In this document: piece by piece, positions 29,639 through 40,699 of the stretch | Layout: the number at the start of each line of letters is the position of its first letter | Position numbering within the stretch: position 1 is the stretch's first letter | Assembly (NCBI GenBank): GCA_902791625.1 | Contig: CADAWN010000003.1 | Span: 30,465 to 94,464 of the forward strand | Source: an uncultured Erysipelotrichaceae bacterium | GTDB taxonomy: Bacteria; Bacillota_I; Bacilli_A; RF39; UBA660 | Direction of reading: 5' to 3' | Length of the DNA stretch: 64,000 nt | Program-made: the position numbers and the translations under genes | The notes under the pieces: generated by a model | Told to the model about the DNA's origin: nothing | What the model saw: the letters and a program-made list of their open reading frames with translations, nothing else | The model's database searches: none

Positions 29639-30841
29639 ATGACAAAAGTAAAGAAAAGAAAAATGAAGAAATCAGCTAAAATAATTATTTTCTTTTCTAT
29701 AATCTTAATAGGAGTAGGCGTAGGACTAGAATATAGAAATTATAAAAATAAAGATAATAAACCAACACCTAAGAAGGAAGTAAAAAAAGAAGTAAAGAAA
29801 GAAAAAGATTATAAAGCATCAATTGTAATGGTTGGAGATGCCCTAATACACTGGGGTGTTTATAATGATGCTAAACAAAGTGATGGATCATATGATTTTA
29901 AGCCACAATTATCAGAAATAAAGCCAATTTCATCAAAATATGATCTAGCATATTATAATCAAGAAACAGTTCTAGGGGGTACTGCTTTAGGTGTTGCAAG
30001 CTATCCTAGATTTAATTCACCTCAAGAAGTAGGAGATGCATTCTTAGATGCAGGATTTAATATGGTAAGTTTAGCTACTAATCATACAATGGATAAGGGT
30101 GAAGCTGGAGTATTAAAATCAGTTGAATACTGGAAGAAAAAGGAAAATGTCGCAGTATCAGGACAATGGAGTAGTTTTGAAGAAAGAAATGCTTCAGTTG
30201 CCAAAATATATGAAAAAAATAATATTAAATATGCATTTATCTCATATACTATATGGACTAATGGTTTAAATACACCAGCTGGTAAAGAATATTTAAATAA
30301 TGTTTATAGTGATGAAAAAGCAAAAGCTGATATTGAATCTGTAAGAGATAAAGTAGACTTTGTAATAGTAGCTATGCACTGGGGTACTGAATACTCATTT
30401 AAAGTAGATCAAAAACAAACAGAAATAGCTAATTATTTATCTAGTTTAGGAGTAGATTTAATAATAGGAGCTCATCCACATGTTATTCAAACAGTTGAAT
30501 ATATAAATGATGGAAAGACTTTTGTAGTATACTCTTTAGGTAACTTTATAAGTGATCAAAATGATGTAGATAACTTTACTGGTTTAATGTTTGAAGTAAC
30601 ACTACATAAACATGTAGATTTAAAAGATCAAGTAACAAATAAAGTAATTGATCCAAAAGCAGAACTTATTTATACTACAACTTCTAGAACTAGAGGATAT
30701 AATACTAACTTTAAAGTAGTACCATATCCTAAACTAAATAATTCACAACTTAATAATTATCAAACATATTATGAAAAGTATAAAGCAATTGTTAATGAGA
30801 GATATCCAAACTTAACATGGGGATTAACACACGAGGTATAA
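29639..30841 (+). CDS. CapA/PGA_cap family metallophosphoesterase, membrane anchored
   Basis: N-terminal TM, VGD, NQET, LATNHTMD, MHWGTEY, GAHPHV, YSLGNF. Confidence 0.88.
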   Translation: MTKVKKRKMKKSAKIIIFFSIILIGVGVGLEYRNYKNKDNKPTPKKEVKKEVKKEKDYKASIVMVGDALIHWGVYNDAKQSDGSYDFKPQLSEIKPISSKYDLAYYNQETVLGGTALGVASYPRFNSPQEVGDAFLDAGFNMVSLATNHTMDKGEAGVLKSVEYWKKKENVAVSGQWSSFEERNASVAKIYEKNNIKYAFISYTIWTNGLNTPAGKEYLNNVYSDEKAKADIESVRDKVDFVIVAMHWGTEYSFKVDQKQTEIANYLSSLGVDLIIGAHPHVIQTVEYINDGKTFVVYSLGNFISDQNDVDNFTGLMFEVTLHKHVDLKDQVTNKVIDPKAELIYTTTSRTRGYNTNFKVVPYPKLNNSQLNNYQTYYEKYKAIVNERYPNLTWGLTHEV

Positions 30842-30842
30842 T

Positions 30843-31283
30843 ATGGAAATTGAAAACAGACAAGCAAGGCACAATTATTTTATAGAAGATACATATGAAT
30901 GTGGTATAGTTCTAAAAGGTACTGAAATAAAATCTGTACGTGCTGGTAAATGTAATTTAAGAGATAGCTATGGAATAGTTAAGAATAATGAAGTATATCT
31001 TTTAAATATGTTTATTTCTTCTTATAAAGAAGCAAGTATATATAATGTATCAGAAACTAGAACTAGAAAATTATTACTTCATAAGAAAGAAATAAAAAAG
31101 ATAAAAGAAGATATTGAACAAAAAGGTTTAACTCTTATACCTTTAAAACTATATTTTAAAGGTTCTAATGTTAAGATAGAACTTGGAGTATGTAAAGGTA
31201 AAAAGAATTATGATAAGAGAGAAACTATAAAACAAAGAGATGAAAAAAGAGAAGTTGCTAAATTATTAAAGAATAGATATTAA
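30843..31283 (+). CDS. smpB: SsrA-binding protein
   Basis: NRQARHNY, GIVLKGTEIKS, RKLLLHKKEI, KNYDKRE. Confidence 0.97.
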   Translation: MEIENRQARHNYFIEDTYECGIVLKGTEIKSVRAGKCNLRDSYGIVKNNEVYLLNMFISSYKEASIYNVSETRTRKLLLHKKEIKKIKEDIEQKGLTLIPLKLYFKGSNVKIELGVCKGKKNYDKRETIKQRDEKREVAKLLKNRY

Positions 31284-31395
31284 AGTATAAAAAATGTATA
31301 TATCTTTCATAAATAATAATATAAAGTAGATAAAGGTTCTATTTCAGGACCTTTTTTCTTTACTTTTTACTTATTTTTTTGTATAATCTCCTCAT

Positions 31396-31775
31396 GGGGA
31401 TGCAATGGTTTCGACGGTATTATTATCGCATAGATGGCAAGTCGAGTGCTTACGTAAAAAGCAAAAAGCAATAAATGCAAACAAAGTAAAAAATGCTTTA
31501 GCTAATTTATTTGGTTCTAAGAACCAAGAATTAGCTTTCGCCTAATTAATTAAAAGGCAAGCGTCTCTACTATTTTTACCTAGCAAATAGATAGGGATTC
31601 ATTTTATAGGTTATAGCTATCTTTTGCCTAGAAGATAGAAAGAATAATCAGGCTGGTACATTTATTTTGTCGTTAACTACTTGATAAGTGTATAAGATTA
31701 TTTAGTTAACTAAACTTGTAGAGGTTTATGTAGAGGTAATATCGGACAGGAGTTCAATTCTCCTCATCTCCACCA
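31396..31775 (+). ncRNA. ssrA: tmRNA; tag reading frame 31477-31545 encodes ANKVKNALANLFGSKNQELAFA
   Basis: 5' GGGGATGCAATGGTTTCGAC, 3' GTTCAATTCTCCTCATCTCCACCA, tag ending LAFA; follows smpB; TATAAT at 31382. Confidence 0.95.
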
Positions 31776-31787
31776 TCATCTCCACCA
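31764..31787 (+). repeat. 12-bp tandem duplication of the tmRNA 3' end
   Basis: TCATCTCCACCA at 31764-31775 and 31776-31787. Confidence 0.9.
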
Positions 31788-31800
31788 TTATTGAATTATT

Positions 31801-31825
31801 CGAACTTTTCTAGTTCGTTTTTTTT
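31801..31825 (+). terminator. terminator after ssrA
   Basis: CGAACT...AGTTCG stem followed by T run. Confidence 0.6.
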
Positions 31826-31907
31826 ATTTTTGGTATACTTTACACAATAATCAAAAAAATAATTAAAATCTCTAAATAAGTGATACAATTATAATAGAGG
31901 TGAACTT

Positions 31908-32486
31908 ATGAACGATAACAATGATAAAAAAAGATATTGTCCTAATTGTGGAGCTCCTTTAACATCAGAAATATGTCCATATTGTAATGGTGTAACTGGT
32001 GTAGAAACACAAGATTTGGTTATGGAATATCCAGTAATTCAATGTAAGGAAGCTAATTTAACCTTTATTACTTCTACATTTTTTATAATTTTTGGAGCCT
32101 TTTTTATACTTATAGGAGTAGGAGTACCATTAGCACTTATGTTTTCTATGAATGAAATTGATATCATGCTTCCAATGGTTATAGTTATATTTGGTGGTAT
32201 AGGATTAGGAACAATAATATTTGGACTTAATAGAGTAATAAGAAATAAAAAAGTTAAAACATATGGAAAAGAAATAGATGCAACTGTATATGGATATATG
32301 AATGATCAATATCAGGGTGATGCAGAAGTAGTAAAATTACTTGTAGATACAAATGAAGGTAAAAAATTCATTTTATATCAAACAGGAAAAAATACAAAAC
32401 CATATAAAATTAACAGTACAATAAAGCTATTAGTATATAAAGATATGTTCTTAATAAAAGAAGATAATAAATACTATTTTCAATAA
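31908..32486 (+). CDS. zinc-ribbon membrane protein
   Basis: CPNCG...CPYC N-terminus, two TMs, small C-terminal beta domain. Confidence 0.6.
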   Translation: MNDNNDKKRYCPNCGAPLTSEICPYCNGVTGVETQDLVMEYPVIQCKEANLTFITSTFFIIFGAFFILIGVGVPLALMFSMNEIDIMLPMVIVIFGGIGLGTIIFGLNRVIRNKKVKTYGKEIDATVYGYMNDQYQGDAEVVKLLVDTNEGKKFILYQTGKNTKPYKINSTIKLLVYKDMFLIKEDNKYYFQ

Positions 32487-32524
32487 TAAAATTTATGGTA
32501 TAATGATGATAAGGAGATAAGGTT

Positions 32525-32782
32525 ATGAATTTAGAACAGGAAGTACTTAAAATTCAAGAAAGAAATAAAAGAGTAGAATTAGATAAATCATGGGAGACTA
32601 GTTGGTTAAGAAGAATTTGTATAATGATCTTAACTTATATTGTAGTTATTGTTTATTCTTATCTAATTAGAAAGTATGATAATATCTTTCTAACTTCTTT
32701 AGTTCCTGTAATAGGTTTTACTTTATCTACACTATCATTAAAAGCAGTTAGAAAAATATGGGAGAAACTATCTAAAAAATAG
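32525..32782 (+). CDS. small two-TM hypothetical protein
   Basis: ERNKRVELDKSWETSW then two hydrophobic segments; AAGGAG RBS. Confidence 0.6.
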   Translation: MNLEQEVLKIQERNKRVELDKSWETSWLRRICIMILTYIVVIVYSYLIRKYDNIFLTSLVPVIGFTLSTLSLKAVRKIWEKLSKK

Positions 32783-32841
32783 TATTAATCAATCTTTTTG
32801 GATTGATTTTTATTTTTGTTAATAATAGGAGGAGTAAATTT

Positions 32842-33864
32842 ATGTTAAAAGAAGTAAAAAAAGAAACTAAGAAAATTGATATTAAAGCAGGAATGGCTTT
32901 ATGTGATATACAAGATGATTTTGATAGTTTTAATCAAGAAATTAAGAAAATTATGACTAGTAGTAATAGTACTATTGATATATATAGATTATATAGAATT
33001 TCTATGGGTGAAAAAATAAAAGGTGTCAAGGAAAATGAGAATCTAATAAAATTTTATCTTCAAAATGAAGAAGTAATAACAAAAATAAAGAAAAATTGCT
33101 CAATCAATGATTTTATATCTAACAACTATACTCAAGAAGGTAATATTTCTGATACTTCTTGTATAAAAGAATTACATGAATACTTAAACAAACATAAGAA
33201 TAATAAAGAACAAATATTAAAATTACTTAATAAACTTAATAATTTAGGATTTTCTAGTATTATTTTTGATGAAGAATTAGATTTCACAAATGATAAATAT
33301 AGTATTAATGATATATTTAATCGTAATGAAGAAGTAGTATATTTAGATAATATAGATGTAGTACCAAATTATGATTTTGGAGTAGTTGATTATAGAACTA
33401 AAAATTCTAATTATAAAATGATTTTAAAAACATTATGTTTTGATTTTTCAAGAAGTAATAGAACTATAGCATTAAATAGTTTGTTATTTAATATTGATGA
33501 ACTACCAAAAAAAATAGATAAAGAAACAATATTTGATAGTATTATAAATTTAAAAAAAGAAAAGAAAAATGAATGTAAGAAAATTACTAATTCAGTAGAT
33601 TTAAGTGTTAAGATAGATGACTTTTATAATCAATTTGCTTTATTAAATGAATCAGTAGATAAATTAGATACTATGACTAGTACCAAAGAAATAAAAGATG
33701 TATTAAAAAATATTAAAGAACTAATAGATGAATTAAAGAATAGAAGTTGTGAATATGATAGTAATCTTTCTAAAACAGAGGAAAATATAACATTAGAAGG
33801 ATTAAAAAATGAAAAAATTAAATTGCTTGAAAGAAGAGAATGGAAAAAAGAAAATTGTTGTTAG
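32842..33864 (+). CDS. hypothetical protein with C-terminal coiled coil
   Basis: Long ORF, AGGAGG RBS before ATG 32842. Confidence 0.6.
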   Translation: MLKEVKKETKKIDIKAGMALCDIQDDFDSFNQEIKKIMTSSNSTIDIYRLYRISMGEKIKGVKENENLIKFYLQNEEVITKIKKNCSINDFISNNYTQEGNISDTSCIKELHEYLNKHKNNKEQILKLLNKLNNLGFSSIIFDEELDFTNDKYSINDIFNRNEEVVYLDNIDVVPNYDFGVVDYRTKNSNYKMILKTLCFDFSRSNRTIALNSLLFNIDELPKKIDKETIFDSIINLKKEKKNECKKITNSVDLSVKIDDFYNQFALLNESVDKLDTMTSTKEIKDVLKNIKELIDELKNRSCEYDSNLSKTEENITLEGLKNEKIKLLERREWKKENCC

Positions 33865-33873
33865 GAGAATAAT

Positions 33874-34503
33874 ATGAATAATAATGTTAATGAATGGTCA
33901 TATCAAAGATATGCAAGATTTTATGGAACTGATGAATTAAAAGATAAAGAATTTCAAAATAAAATTGAAATTATAAAAAAATTAATTTTAGAAGATGGAC
34001 TTACAAATCTTCATGATATTGCGAATGAATCTAATTGTACTTATGATGAATGTATTTTAAAAATTTGCTATTTAAAGAATAAACGAGTATTAGGGGATTA
34101 TTATGTTGATGCAGCTGCGGGATTAGTTGCTTTATGTAGTCCTGAAGATCTTATGCTTTTAAAGAAGTATCAGCATCCAATTTACTATAAGAATGAGTCT
34201 GTTGATGAAATGGCAGAAGAATTAAAAATGAATAAAGAAGATGTATGGAAAGAATTAATATATCTTGATAATAAAAGACTTCTTAATGGAGTAATTTTGG
34301 ATTATGTTGATGATAAAATAGTGTATTATAGATTAGGAAAAAGAGAATTAGAAAAAGATTATGTAACTATAAATTGTTCCAATTGTGGAGCACTTCTTGA
34401 TGTTAAAAGAGGTAGTAAAGTAAGGTGTAATCATTGCGATACTATTGTAGAAGACAAACAAGTAGAAGAAGCAGTAATTAAAATACTTAATAAAAAAAAA
34501 TAA
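33874..34503 (+). CDS. hypothetical protein, possible winged-helix regions and C-terminal zinc ribbon
   Basis: CSNCG...CNHC; helical HTH-like segments; AGGAG RBS. Confidence 0.55.
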   Translation: MNNNVNEWSYQRYARFYGTDELKDKEFQNKIEIIKKLILEDGLTNLHDIANESNCTYDECILKICYLKNKRVLGDYYVDAAAGLVALCSPEDLMLLKKYQHPIYYKNESVDEMAEELKMNKEDVWKELIYLDNKRLLNGVILDYVDDKIVYYRLGKRELEKDYVTINCSNCGALLDVKRGSKVRCNHCDTIVEDKQVEEAVIKILNKKK

Positions 34504-34529
34504 CATGATATTTAGATCATGTTATTTTT

Positions 34530-34691
34530 TTATCTGTAATGATTATTACAGCTGTTATTGTTTCCAAAGAATAAGAAGAAAATTATAAATAAAACAATAA
34601 TTATTGCCCAAACCCATCCTGAACCAAATCCATCATTATTGTTATTATTATAGTTAGGATAAGGATATGCTGGATATATATAACCGTACAT
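34530..34691 (-). CDS. 53-aa YjcZ/SscA-like small sporulation membrane peptide (absent from the ORF track)
   Basis: GAAAGGAG RBS; MYGYIYPAYPYPNYNNNNNDGFGSGWVWAIIIVLFIIFFLFFGNNNSCNNHYR; divergent from the spore coat genes. Confidence 0.6.
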   Translation of the reverse strand: MYGYIYPAYPYPNYNNNNNDGFGSGWVWAIIIVLFIIFFLFFGNNNSCNNHYR

Positions 34692-34787
34692 AAATAAACT
34701 CCTTTCAATATAGTATATTTAATAAATATTTTTTAAAGTATAATATTTACCTACTTTGTTAAAGATAATATAGAAAGGAGAAAAAAT

Positions 34788-35006
34788 ATGAATTATGAAC
34801 AAGCACCAAAAGTGTTTACTAGTAAAGATTTAAATTACTTATGTGATATGTTTAAATGGCATTATGGAGCATTCAAAAAGACTGCAACAAGAGAAGATAA
34901 TGTAGATGATGAAGAAATAGAAGAATTAATGGATAGAGCAGCAGGAATATATTATAGACATATGGAAATTATTTTAGAAATACTAAAAGGAGGTTCAAAT
35001 GAATAA
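34788..35006 (+). CDS. small spore coat-associated ferritin-like protein
   Basis: KDLNYLCDMF..W pattern; coupled to the Coat F gene; AAAGGAG RBS. Confidence 0.55.
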   Translation: MNYEQAPKVFTSKDLNYLCDMFKWHYGAFKKTATREDNVDDEEIEELMDRAAGIYYRHMEIILEILKGGSNE

Positions 35007-35322
35007 TAATGAAATATCTAATCCTAAAACAGAAGTAGAAAAAGGATTAACACTTAATGATAAAGATTACTTAGAGAGTATACTTACTGTTTGTAAAGAT
35101 TTAGAAAAGAATTTGGTAATAGCGATGACTGAAGCATCACATGAAGAATATTATGAAAAGATTCATGAAATGTTTGAGAATATTTCAGAACTTCAAAGAG
35201 ATGCATATGAATTATACTTTAGAAAAGGTTGGTTTGTAATAGAAAAAGAAGATGAAGAAAAACTAACTAGAAAATATAATATGTTACAACAAGAATTAAA
35301 TGATTTAGAAGTAGATAACTAA
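34999..35322 (+). CDS. spore coat protein, Coat F domain
   Basis: LNDKDYL...AMTEAS...LQRDAYELYFRKGWF matches the CotF-like family. Confidence 0.75.
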   Translation: MNNNEISNPKTEVEKGLTLNDKDYLESILTVCKDLEKNLVIAMTEASHEEYYEKIHEMFENISELQRDAYELYFRKGWFVIEKEDEEKLTRKYNMLQQELNDLEVDN

Positions 35323-35442
35323 TAATCCACAAAAACTGTGGATTTTTTATTATAATTAACGTTTTTTGACACATTAAATCTTTTAATAATTTAATATTTA
35401 CAAGTTATAATAGTATAATATATATAGGGAGTAAGTGGTTTT

Positions 35443-36063
35443 ATGGAAATAGTTACAAAGTCCATCAAACTTTACTTGAAAGAAGTAATAAAAAAATCAG
35501 CTAGTAAAATAGGCTATAGTGATCTTCTTAAAGTAGAGGGTATTACAATAGATGGAAAAAATGATAATGGAGAAAAACAATTAGTATCTTTTGGAGAAGT
35601 AAAACTTCTAAAGAATTTAAGATATTTAGAAATAAGAAATATCTTAATAACAGATTATATTATAAAGATCTTAGAAGATATGGATTATTTAGAAAATATT
35701 ATATTTAAAAATTGTACATTTAGAAAAACTATTACAACTATGAATGGTTTAAAACCACTTAGACAAATAAGAATAGAAAACTGTAAGAATTTTAATTTAA
35801 AATATATTAATAAAGTAAAGATTAAATCCCTAACGTTAAAAGATTTAAATATTAGTAATATTGGAAATATAAATAATAGTGTTGAAATATTAGATGTAAG
35901 TGGATCTACTATTACAACTAATAAAAACATTGATAAACTTAAGATTAGTAAGATTATAGTTTCCCATAATGATCATATAAAATATAAAAGAGACTTTGAT
36001 AAAGTTAAATATGAAGTTGTAGTTATGGCAGATGAGGGATATTATATAGAACTTGGTATATAA
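35443..36063 (+). CDS. leucine-rich-repeat-like protein
   Basis: Repeated LxxLxIxN units (LKNLRYLEIRN, LRQIRIENC, VEILDVSGS). Confidence 0.5.
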   Translation: MEIVTKSIKLYLKEVIKKSASKIGYSDLLKVEGITIDGKNDNGEKQLVSFGEVKLLKNLRYLEIRNILITDYIIKILEDMDYLENIIFKNCTFRKTITTMNGLKPLRQIRIENCKNFNLKYINKVKIKSLTLKDLNISNIGNINNSVEILDVSGSTITTNKNIDKLKISKIIVSHNDHIKYKRDFDKVKYEVVVMADEGYYIELGI

Positions 36064-36069
36064 AAAGAG

Positions 36070-36798
36070 CTATTTTAAACAGCTCTTTTTTTTATACATT
36101 TTCATAAATTCTTCATATAATTTATTACATTTATCTTTATCCATCTCAGGAGTATCTTCTAAAGGATAATTAATATTCATTCTAATATATTTTTCTCTTC
36201 CTAATTTATGATATGGAAGAAAATCTATTCTCTCAACATTTTTAATTTCTTTAATAGTTTTTACTAAACTTTCTAAGTATTTATTATTATCCATTATTCC
36301 AGGTACTATTACTTGCCTTATCCAGACCTTTTTACCACTTTTATTTAATTGTTCGATAAATTTATCCTGGATATCTTTATTTCCTCCTGTAAGGGCTTTA
36401 AAACCTTCTTTAGAGGTATGTTTGATATCTAGAAGAACTAAATCTACATACTTGAGTATTTCTTCTACGTTATCAGTAGTATATCCTGCAGTATCAAGTG
36501 CAATATGAATACCTTCTGCTTTTAATCTTTTACAACATTCAAGTAAGAATTCCTCTTGTAGAAGTGGTTCACCACCAGAGAATGTTACACCACCATTATT
36601 TTTAAAGTATGGTTTACTACGAAGTACTTTTTTAACTACTTCATCTGTTGTCATATTCTTTTTACCCATCTTCCAAGTTTCTGGATTATGACAATATTTA
36701 CATCTAAGAAAACAGCTGTTTAAAAAGACAACTGTTCTTATTCCTGGACCATCAACTAGTCCCATTGTTTCAATTGAATTAACGCTTCCTGTTATCAT
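36070..36798 (-). CDS. pflA: pyruvate formate-lyase activating enzyme
   Basis: VDGPGIR, CFLRCKYCHNP radical SAM motif, SGGEP; follows pflB. Confidence 0.95.
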   Translation of the reverse strand: MITGSVNSIETMGLVDGPGIRTVVFLNSCFLRCKYCHNPETWKMGKKNMTTDEVVKKVLRSKPYFKNNGGVTFSGGEPLLQEEFLLECCKRLKAEGIHIALDTAGYTTDNVEEILKYVDLVLLDIKHTSKEGFKALTGGNKDIQDKFIEQLNKSGKKVWIRQVIVPGIMDNNKYLESLVKTIKEIKNVERIDFLPYHKLGREKYIRMNINYPLEDTPEMDKDKCNKLYEEFMKMYKKKSCLK

Positions 36799-39029
36799 TA
36801 CATTTTCTCATGGAAAGTTCTTGAAATAACTTCCTCTTGTTGCTTTCTTGTAAGTTTATTAAATCTAACTGCATAACCAGAAACTCTTATTGTAAGTAGT
36901 GGATATTTATCAGGATTATTCATCGCATCTATTAACATTTCTCTATTTAAAACATTGACATTTAAGTGATGAGCACCTTGTACAAAGTATCCATCTAATA
37001 GTGTTACTAAATTAGTAATTTGTTCTTCTTCATTAGTTCCTAATGCACTAGGAATAATTGAGAATGTATTTGAAATACCATCACGACAACAGTTAGTCCA
37101 ATCTAGTTTAGCTACTGAGTTAAGTGATGCTATAGCTCCACTTTCATCTCTTCCGTGCATTGGATTAGCTCCAGGTGCGAAAGGAACACCAGCTTTTCTT
37201 CCATCAGGTGTAGCACCAGTATTAGAACCATATACTACATTAGATGTTATTGTTAATACTGAAAGAGTAGGATGAGCATTTCTATAACATTTATGACTTG
37301 ATAATTCTTTATAGAAGTATGCAAGTAACTCTTTTCCTATTTCATCAACTCTATCATCATCATTACCATATTTAGGATAATTTCCTTCTACTATAAAGTC
37401 AGTAGTTATTCCATCTTTATCTCTTACTGGTTTTACTTTAGCATATTTAATAGCAGAAAGTGAATCTACTGCAACAGAAAATCCTGCAACTCCATAGGCC
37501 ATTAATCTGTTAACATATGTATCGTGTAGAGCCATTTGACCAGCTTCATAAGCATATTTATCATGCATATAGTGAATTATGTTCATTGCATCACTATAAA
37601 TACGAGCAACTACTTTAAGCATTTTAAAGTAATTTTCTTTTACTGTTTTATAATCAAGTACTTTATCAGTATTCTTTTCAAATCCTTCAACAACTAATTC
37701 TTTTTTTACTTCATCAACTCCACCATTAAGTGAATAAAGAAGTGCTTTAGCAAGATTACAACGAGCTCCAAAGAATTGCATATCTTTTCCTTCTCTCATA
37801 GCAGATACACAACAAGCAATCGCATAATCATTTCCCATACTAGCTCTCATTAAATCATCATTTTCATATTGAATAGAATCAGTTTTAATACTTATCTTAG
37901 CACAGTACTTTTTCCAATCCTCAGGTAAGTCTTGAGCCCATAAAATAGTCATATTAGGTTCAGGAGCACTTTCTAAGTTTTCAAGAGTATGAACTATACG
38001 GTAAGAAGTTTTATTAACCATACTCTTCTTATCTTCAGTAAGTCCACCTAATGAACAAGTAACCCAAGTAGGATCTCCTGAGAATAATTCATCATATTCT
38101 GGAGTTCTTAAGTGTCTAGCAGCACGTAGTTTAATAACAAATTGATCTATTATTTCTTGTGCTTCTTCTTCAGTAATTTTTCCTTCTTCTAAATCTCTTT
38201 CAAAATAAATATCAAAGAATGCATCAACTCTACCTAGTGACATAGCTGCACCATTATTTTCTTTAATAGCAGCTAAATATCCAAAGTATGTCCATTGTAC
38301 TGCTTCTTTAGCGCATGTTGCTGGTTTTGAAATATCTATTCCATAACTCTTAGCCATTTCTTTAATTTCTTTTAAAGCTCTATACTGCATTGATATTTCT
38401 TCTCTTAAGCGAATAGTCTCTTCATCCATAACATCAATCTTCATGTTATCCCAGTCATTAAATTTCTGTTCCATTAAATAATCAATACCATAAAGAGCAA
38501 TTCTTCTATAATCACCAATTATTCTTCCTCTACCATAAGCATCAGGAAGACCAGTTAATAACTTATTATGACGAGCTTTTCTTATCTCTTTAGTATAAGC
38601 ATCAAATACACCATCATTATGTGTTTTAACCATATTAGAGTTTAAGAATTTATCAAGAGTAGGATCCATCTTATATCCATAAGCATCAAGCTCTTGATAT
38701 ATCATCTTTAATCCACCCTTAGGTACAATAGATCTCTTACATAAAGAATCAGTTTGTAGTCCTACAATGACATCATCTTCCTTACATATATATCCAGGCT
38801 TAAATGCATTAATACCTGCTGGATTAACAACATCTATATCAATAACATGTTTTTTAACTTCTTCTTTACAAACATCTTCATAAACTTTTAATACTTTTTT
38901 AGTTTTATTAGTTGGCCCAGATAAGAATGATTCATCACCATCATATGCCTTATAATTCTTTTCAATAAAGTTTTTAACATTTATCTCTTTATCCCATAAA
39001 TCTTTTTTAAAATTTCTCCATGCTTCCAT
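36798..39029 (-). CDS. pflB: formate acetyltransferase (pyruvate formate-lyase)
   Basis: [23 protein letters not shown], glycyl radical motif IRVSGYAV. Confidence 0.97.
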   Translation of the reverse strand: MEAWRNFKKDLWDKEINVKNFIEKNYKAYDGDESFLSGPTNKTKKVLKVYEDVCKEEVKKHVIDIDVVNPAGINAFKPGYICKEDDVIVGLQTDSLCKRSIVPKGGLKMIYQELDAYGYKMDPTLDKFLNSNMVKTHNDGVFDAYTKEIRKARHNKLLTGLPDAYGRGRIIGDYRRIALYGIDYLMEQKFNDWDNMKIDVMDEETIRLREEISMQYRALKEIKEMAKSYGIDISKPATCAKEAVQWTYFGYLAAIKENNGAAMSLGRVDAFFDIYFERDLEEGKITEEEAQEIIDQFVIKLRAARHLRTPEYDELFSGDPTWVTCSLGGLTEDKKSMVNKTSYRIVHTLENLESAPEPNMTILWAQDLPEDWKKYCAKISIKTDSIQYENDDLMRASMGNDYAIACCVSAMREGKDMQFFGARCNLAKALLYSLNGGVDEVKKELVVEGFEKNTDKVLDYKTVKENYFKMLKVVARIYSDAMNIIHYMHDKYAYEAGQMALHDTYVNRLMAYGVAGFSVAVDSLSAIKYAKVKPVRDKDGITTDFIVEGNYPKYGNDDDRVDEIGKELLAYFYKELSSHKCYRNAHPTLSVLTITSNVVYGSNTGATPDGRKAGVPFAPGANPMHGRDESGAIASLNSVAKLDWTNCCRDGISNTFSIIPSALGTNEEEQITNLVTLLDGYFVQGAHHLNVNVLNREMLIDAMNNPDKYPLLTIRVSGYAVRFNKLTRKQQEEVISRTFHEKM

Positions 39030-39186
39030 AAAATCACTCCCATCATATATTAATTATAGCATCTTATAAAAAAAATAAAAGAATAACTCACTTAGTTTAC
39101 AGAATAAATTTTTATTTTAACTAAAATCAGTAATTGCTTTTTTAATAAAAATGATATAATATATAGATAAATAAGGAGTTGGTTAC

Positions 39187-39693
39187 ATGAATAATAAGAA
39201 AAAAACATTATTAGCAGTACCAGTTTTATGTATAGCTATAGTACTAATTATTGTATTATCAGGAAAAAAAGAACTTACTGAAGAAGAAAAGAAACTAGCT
39301 AATGTTAAATTTGACGATGTATCATTTATTAATATTAGATATAATAATGCTAAGGATGTTATAGTAGTAACCAAAGATAAGGATTATAAAGTTGAGTATT
39401 CTGGTTTTGATGAATCTGGATATGATATAACTGATTCAAATGGTAATCAAAAAATCAATACAACTAAATTATCTAGTGATGTTAAAGACTATTTAATTAA
39501 AGATGTTCTTCCTAATTTAAAAGAATATAAAGAAGGAAGTACAGATTGGTATATAAGTATGAATGTAAATGGCTTAACTAAAACTACACTTAGAGGTAAA
39601 AAAGGAAAAGAACCAAGTTGGTTTCTTAAATTACTAGAAAAATTTGAAGTAGAAAAATATGGAAATATGTCATTAAGTAAAAATAAGAAATAA
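39187..39693 (+). CDS. membrane-anchored hypothetical protein
   Basis: N-terminal TM, AAGGAG RBS. Confidence 0.55.
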   Translation: MNNKKKTLLAVPVLCIAIVLIIVLSGKKELTEEEKKLANVKFDDVSFINIRYNNAKDVIVVTKDKDYKVEYSGFDESGYDITDSNGNQKINTTKLSSDVKDYLIKDVLPNLKEYKEGSTDWYISMNVNGLTKTTLRGKKGKEPSWFLKLLEKFEVEKYGNMSLSKNKK

Positions 39694-39762
39694 GAGCATT
39701 ATAAATTAATGCTCTTTACTTTTTGTAAAAAAAAGACTATAATCTATATTAGAGGTGAAAAG

Positions 39763-40683
39763 ATGAAAATATGTAAGAATTGCAATGCACAAAATGATGA
39801 TAATCAAGCATTTTGTGGACAATGCGGAACAAAATTTGAAGAAAGTGTGGTAACACCAGTAGAGGTTGTAACTCCAGTAGAAGAAAATGTACAACCAGTG
39901 GTAAATAATCAAGTACCAAACCAAGAAAAAAAACCAAATATAATTTTAATTGTTTCGATAGCAGTATCAGCAACATTAATATGTGTTTTACTTGTTATAT
40001 TTGTAATTAAACCATTACTTACTGACAAAACAAGTGGTAATCCAAATGGAAATGGAACAACTACTGAAAATAGCGGTAACAATGAAACAAAAAAAGTTAT
40101 AAGAACATTTAAAGTTGGAGAGCAAGTAACTTTATTAGATGATTCTTCATGGCATGTTATAAGTGTTTCTGGCGATAAAGTAACTTTATTATTAGATAAG
40201 TTAGTTGCTGACAAAATGGGATATTCATTAGCTTCAGATGAAGAACATCAAAAATATGCAAATTCTAATGTAAAAAAATATGTTGAAGAAACATATTTAC
40301 CAGAATTAAAATCATCATTAGAAAAGTATAAAGGTGATACTACTAATTTAAAAGCTAGATTAATAACAATGGATGAATTCTTAAAATTAGCAGGACAAAA
40401 AATGGTTAGTGATGGTATGTATTCAAATGTTGATTTTGATAGAACTGATGAACAAGTACAAAATCAAGAATGGTTAAAATTAACTGGTACATTTTGGACA
40501 ATGAGTAATGTAAAAGATTATAATCCTTCTTATGAAAAATATGGAGCTTATGCAGTACTTGTAAGAGATGGTACAATATTATTATGGTCAGATTATTCTG
40601 CTAACTCAAATACAGAACTTTACAAAGGATCATTCTTTGGAATAAGACCAGTTATTGAAACTACAGCAAGTAATATAAAATAA
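39763..40683 (+). CDS. zinc-ribbon, TM and extracellular domain protein (DUF6273-like C-terminus)
   Basis: CKNC...CGQCG, single TM, C-terminal FWTMS...GIRPVI. Confidence 0.55.
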   Translation: MKICKNCNAQNDDNQAFCGQCGTKFEESVVTPVEVVTPVEENVQPVVNNQVPNQEKKPNIILIVSIAVSATLICVLLVIFVIKPLLTDKTSGNPNGNGTTTENSGNNETKKVIRTFKVGEQVTLLDDSSWHVISVSGDKVTLLLDKLVADKMGYSLASDEEHQKYANSNVKKYVEETYLPELKSSLEKYKGDTTNLKARLITMDEFLKLAGQKMVSDGMYSNVDFDRTDEQVQNQEWLKLTGTFWTMSNVKDYNPSYEKYGAYAVLVRDGTILLWSDYSANSNTELYKGSFFGIRPVIETTASNIK

Positions 40684-40699
40684 AAAAATAGTCAAATGA

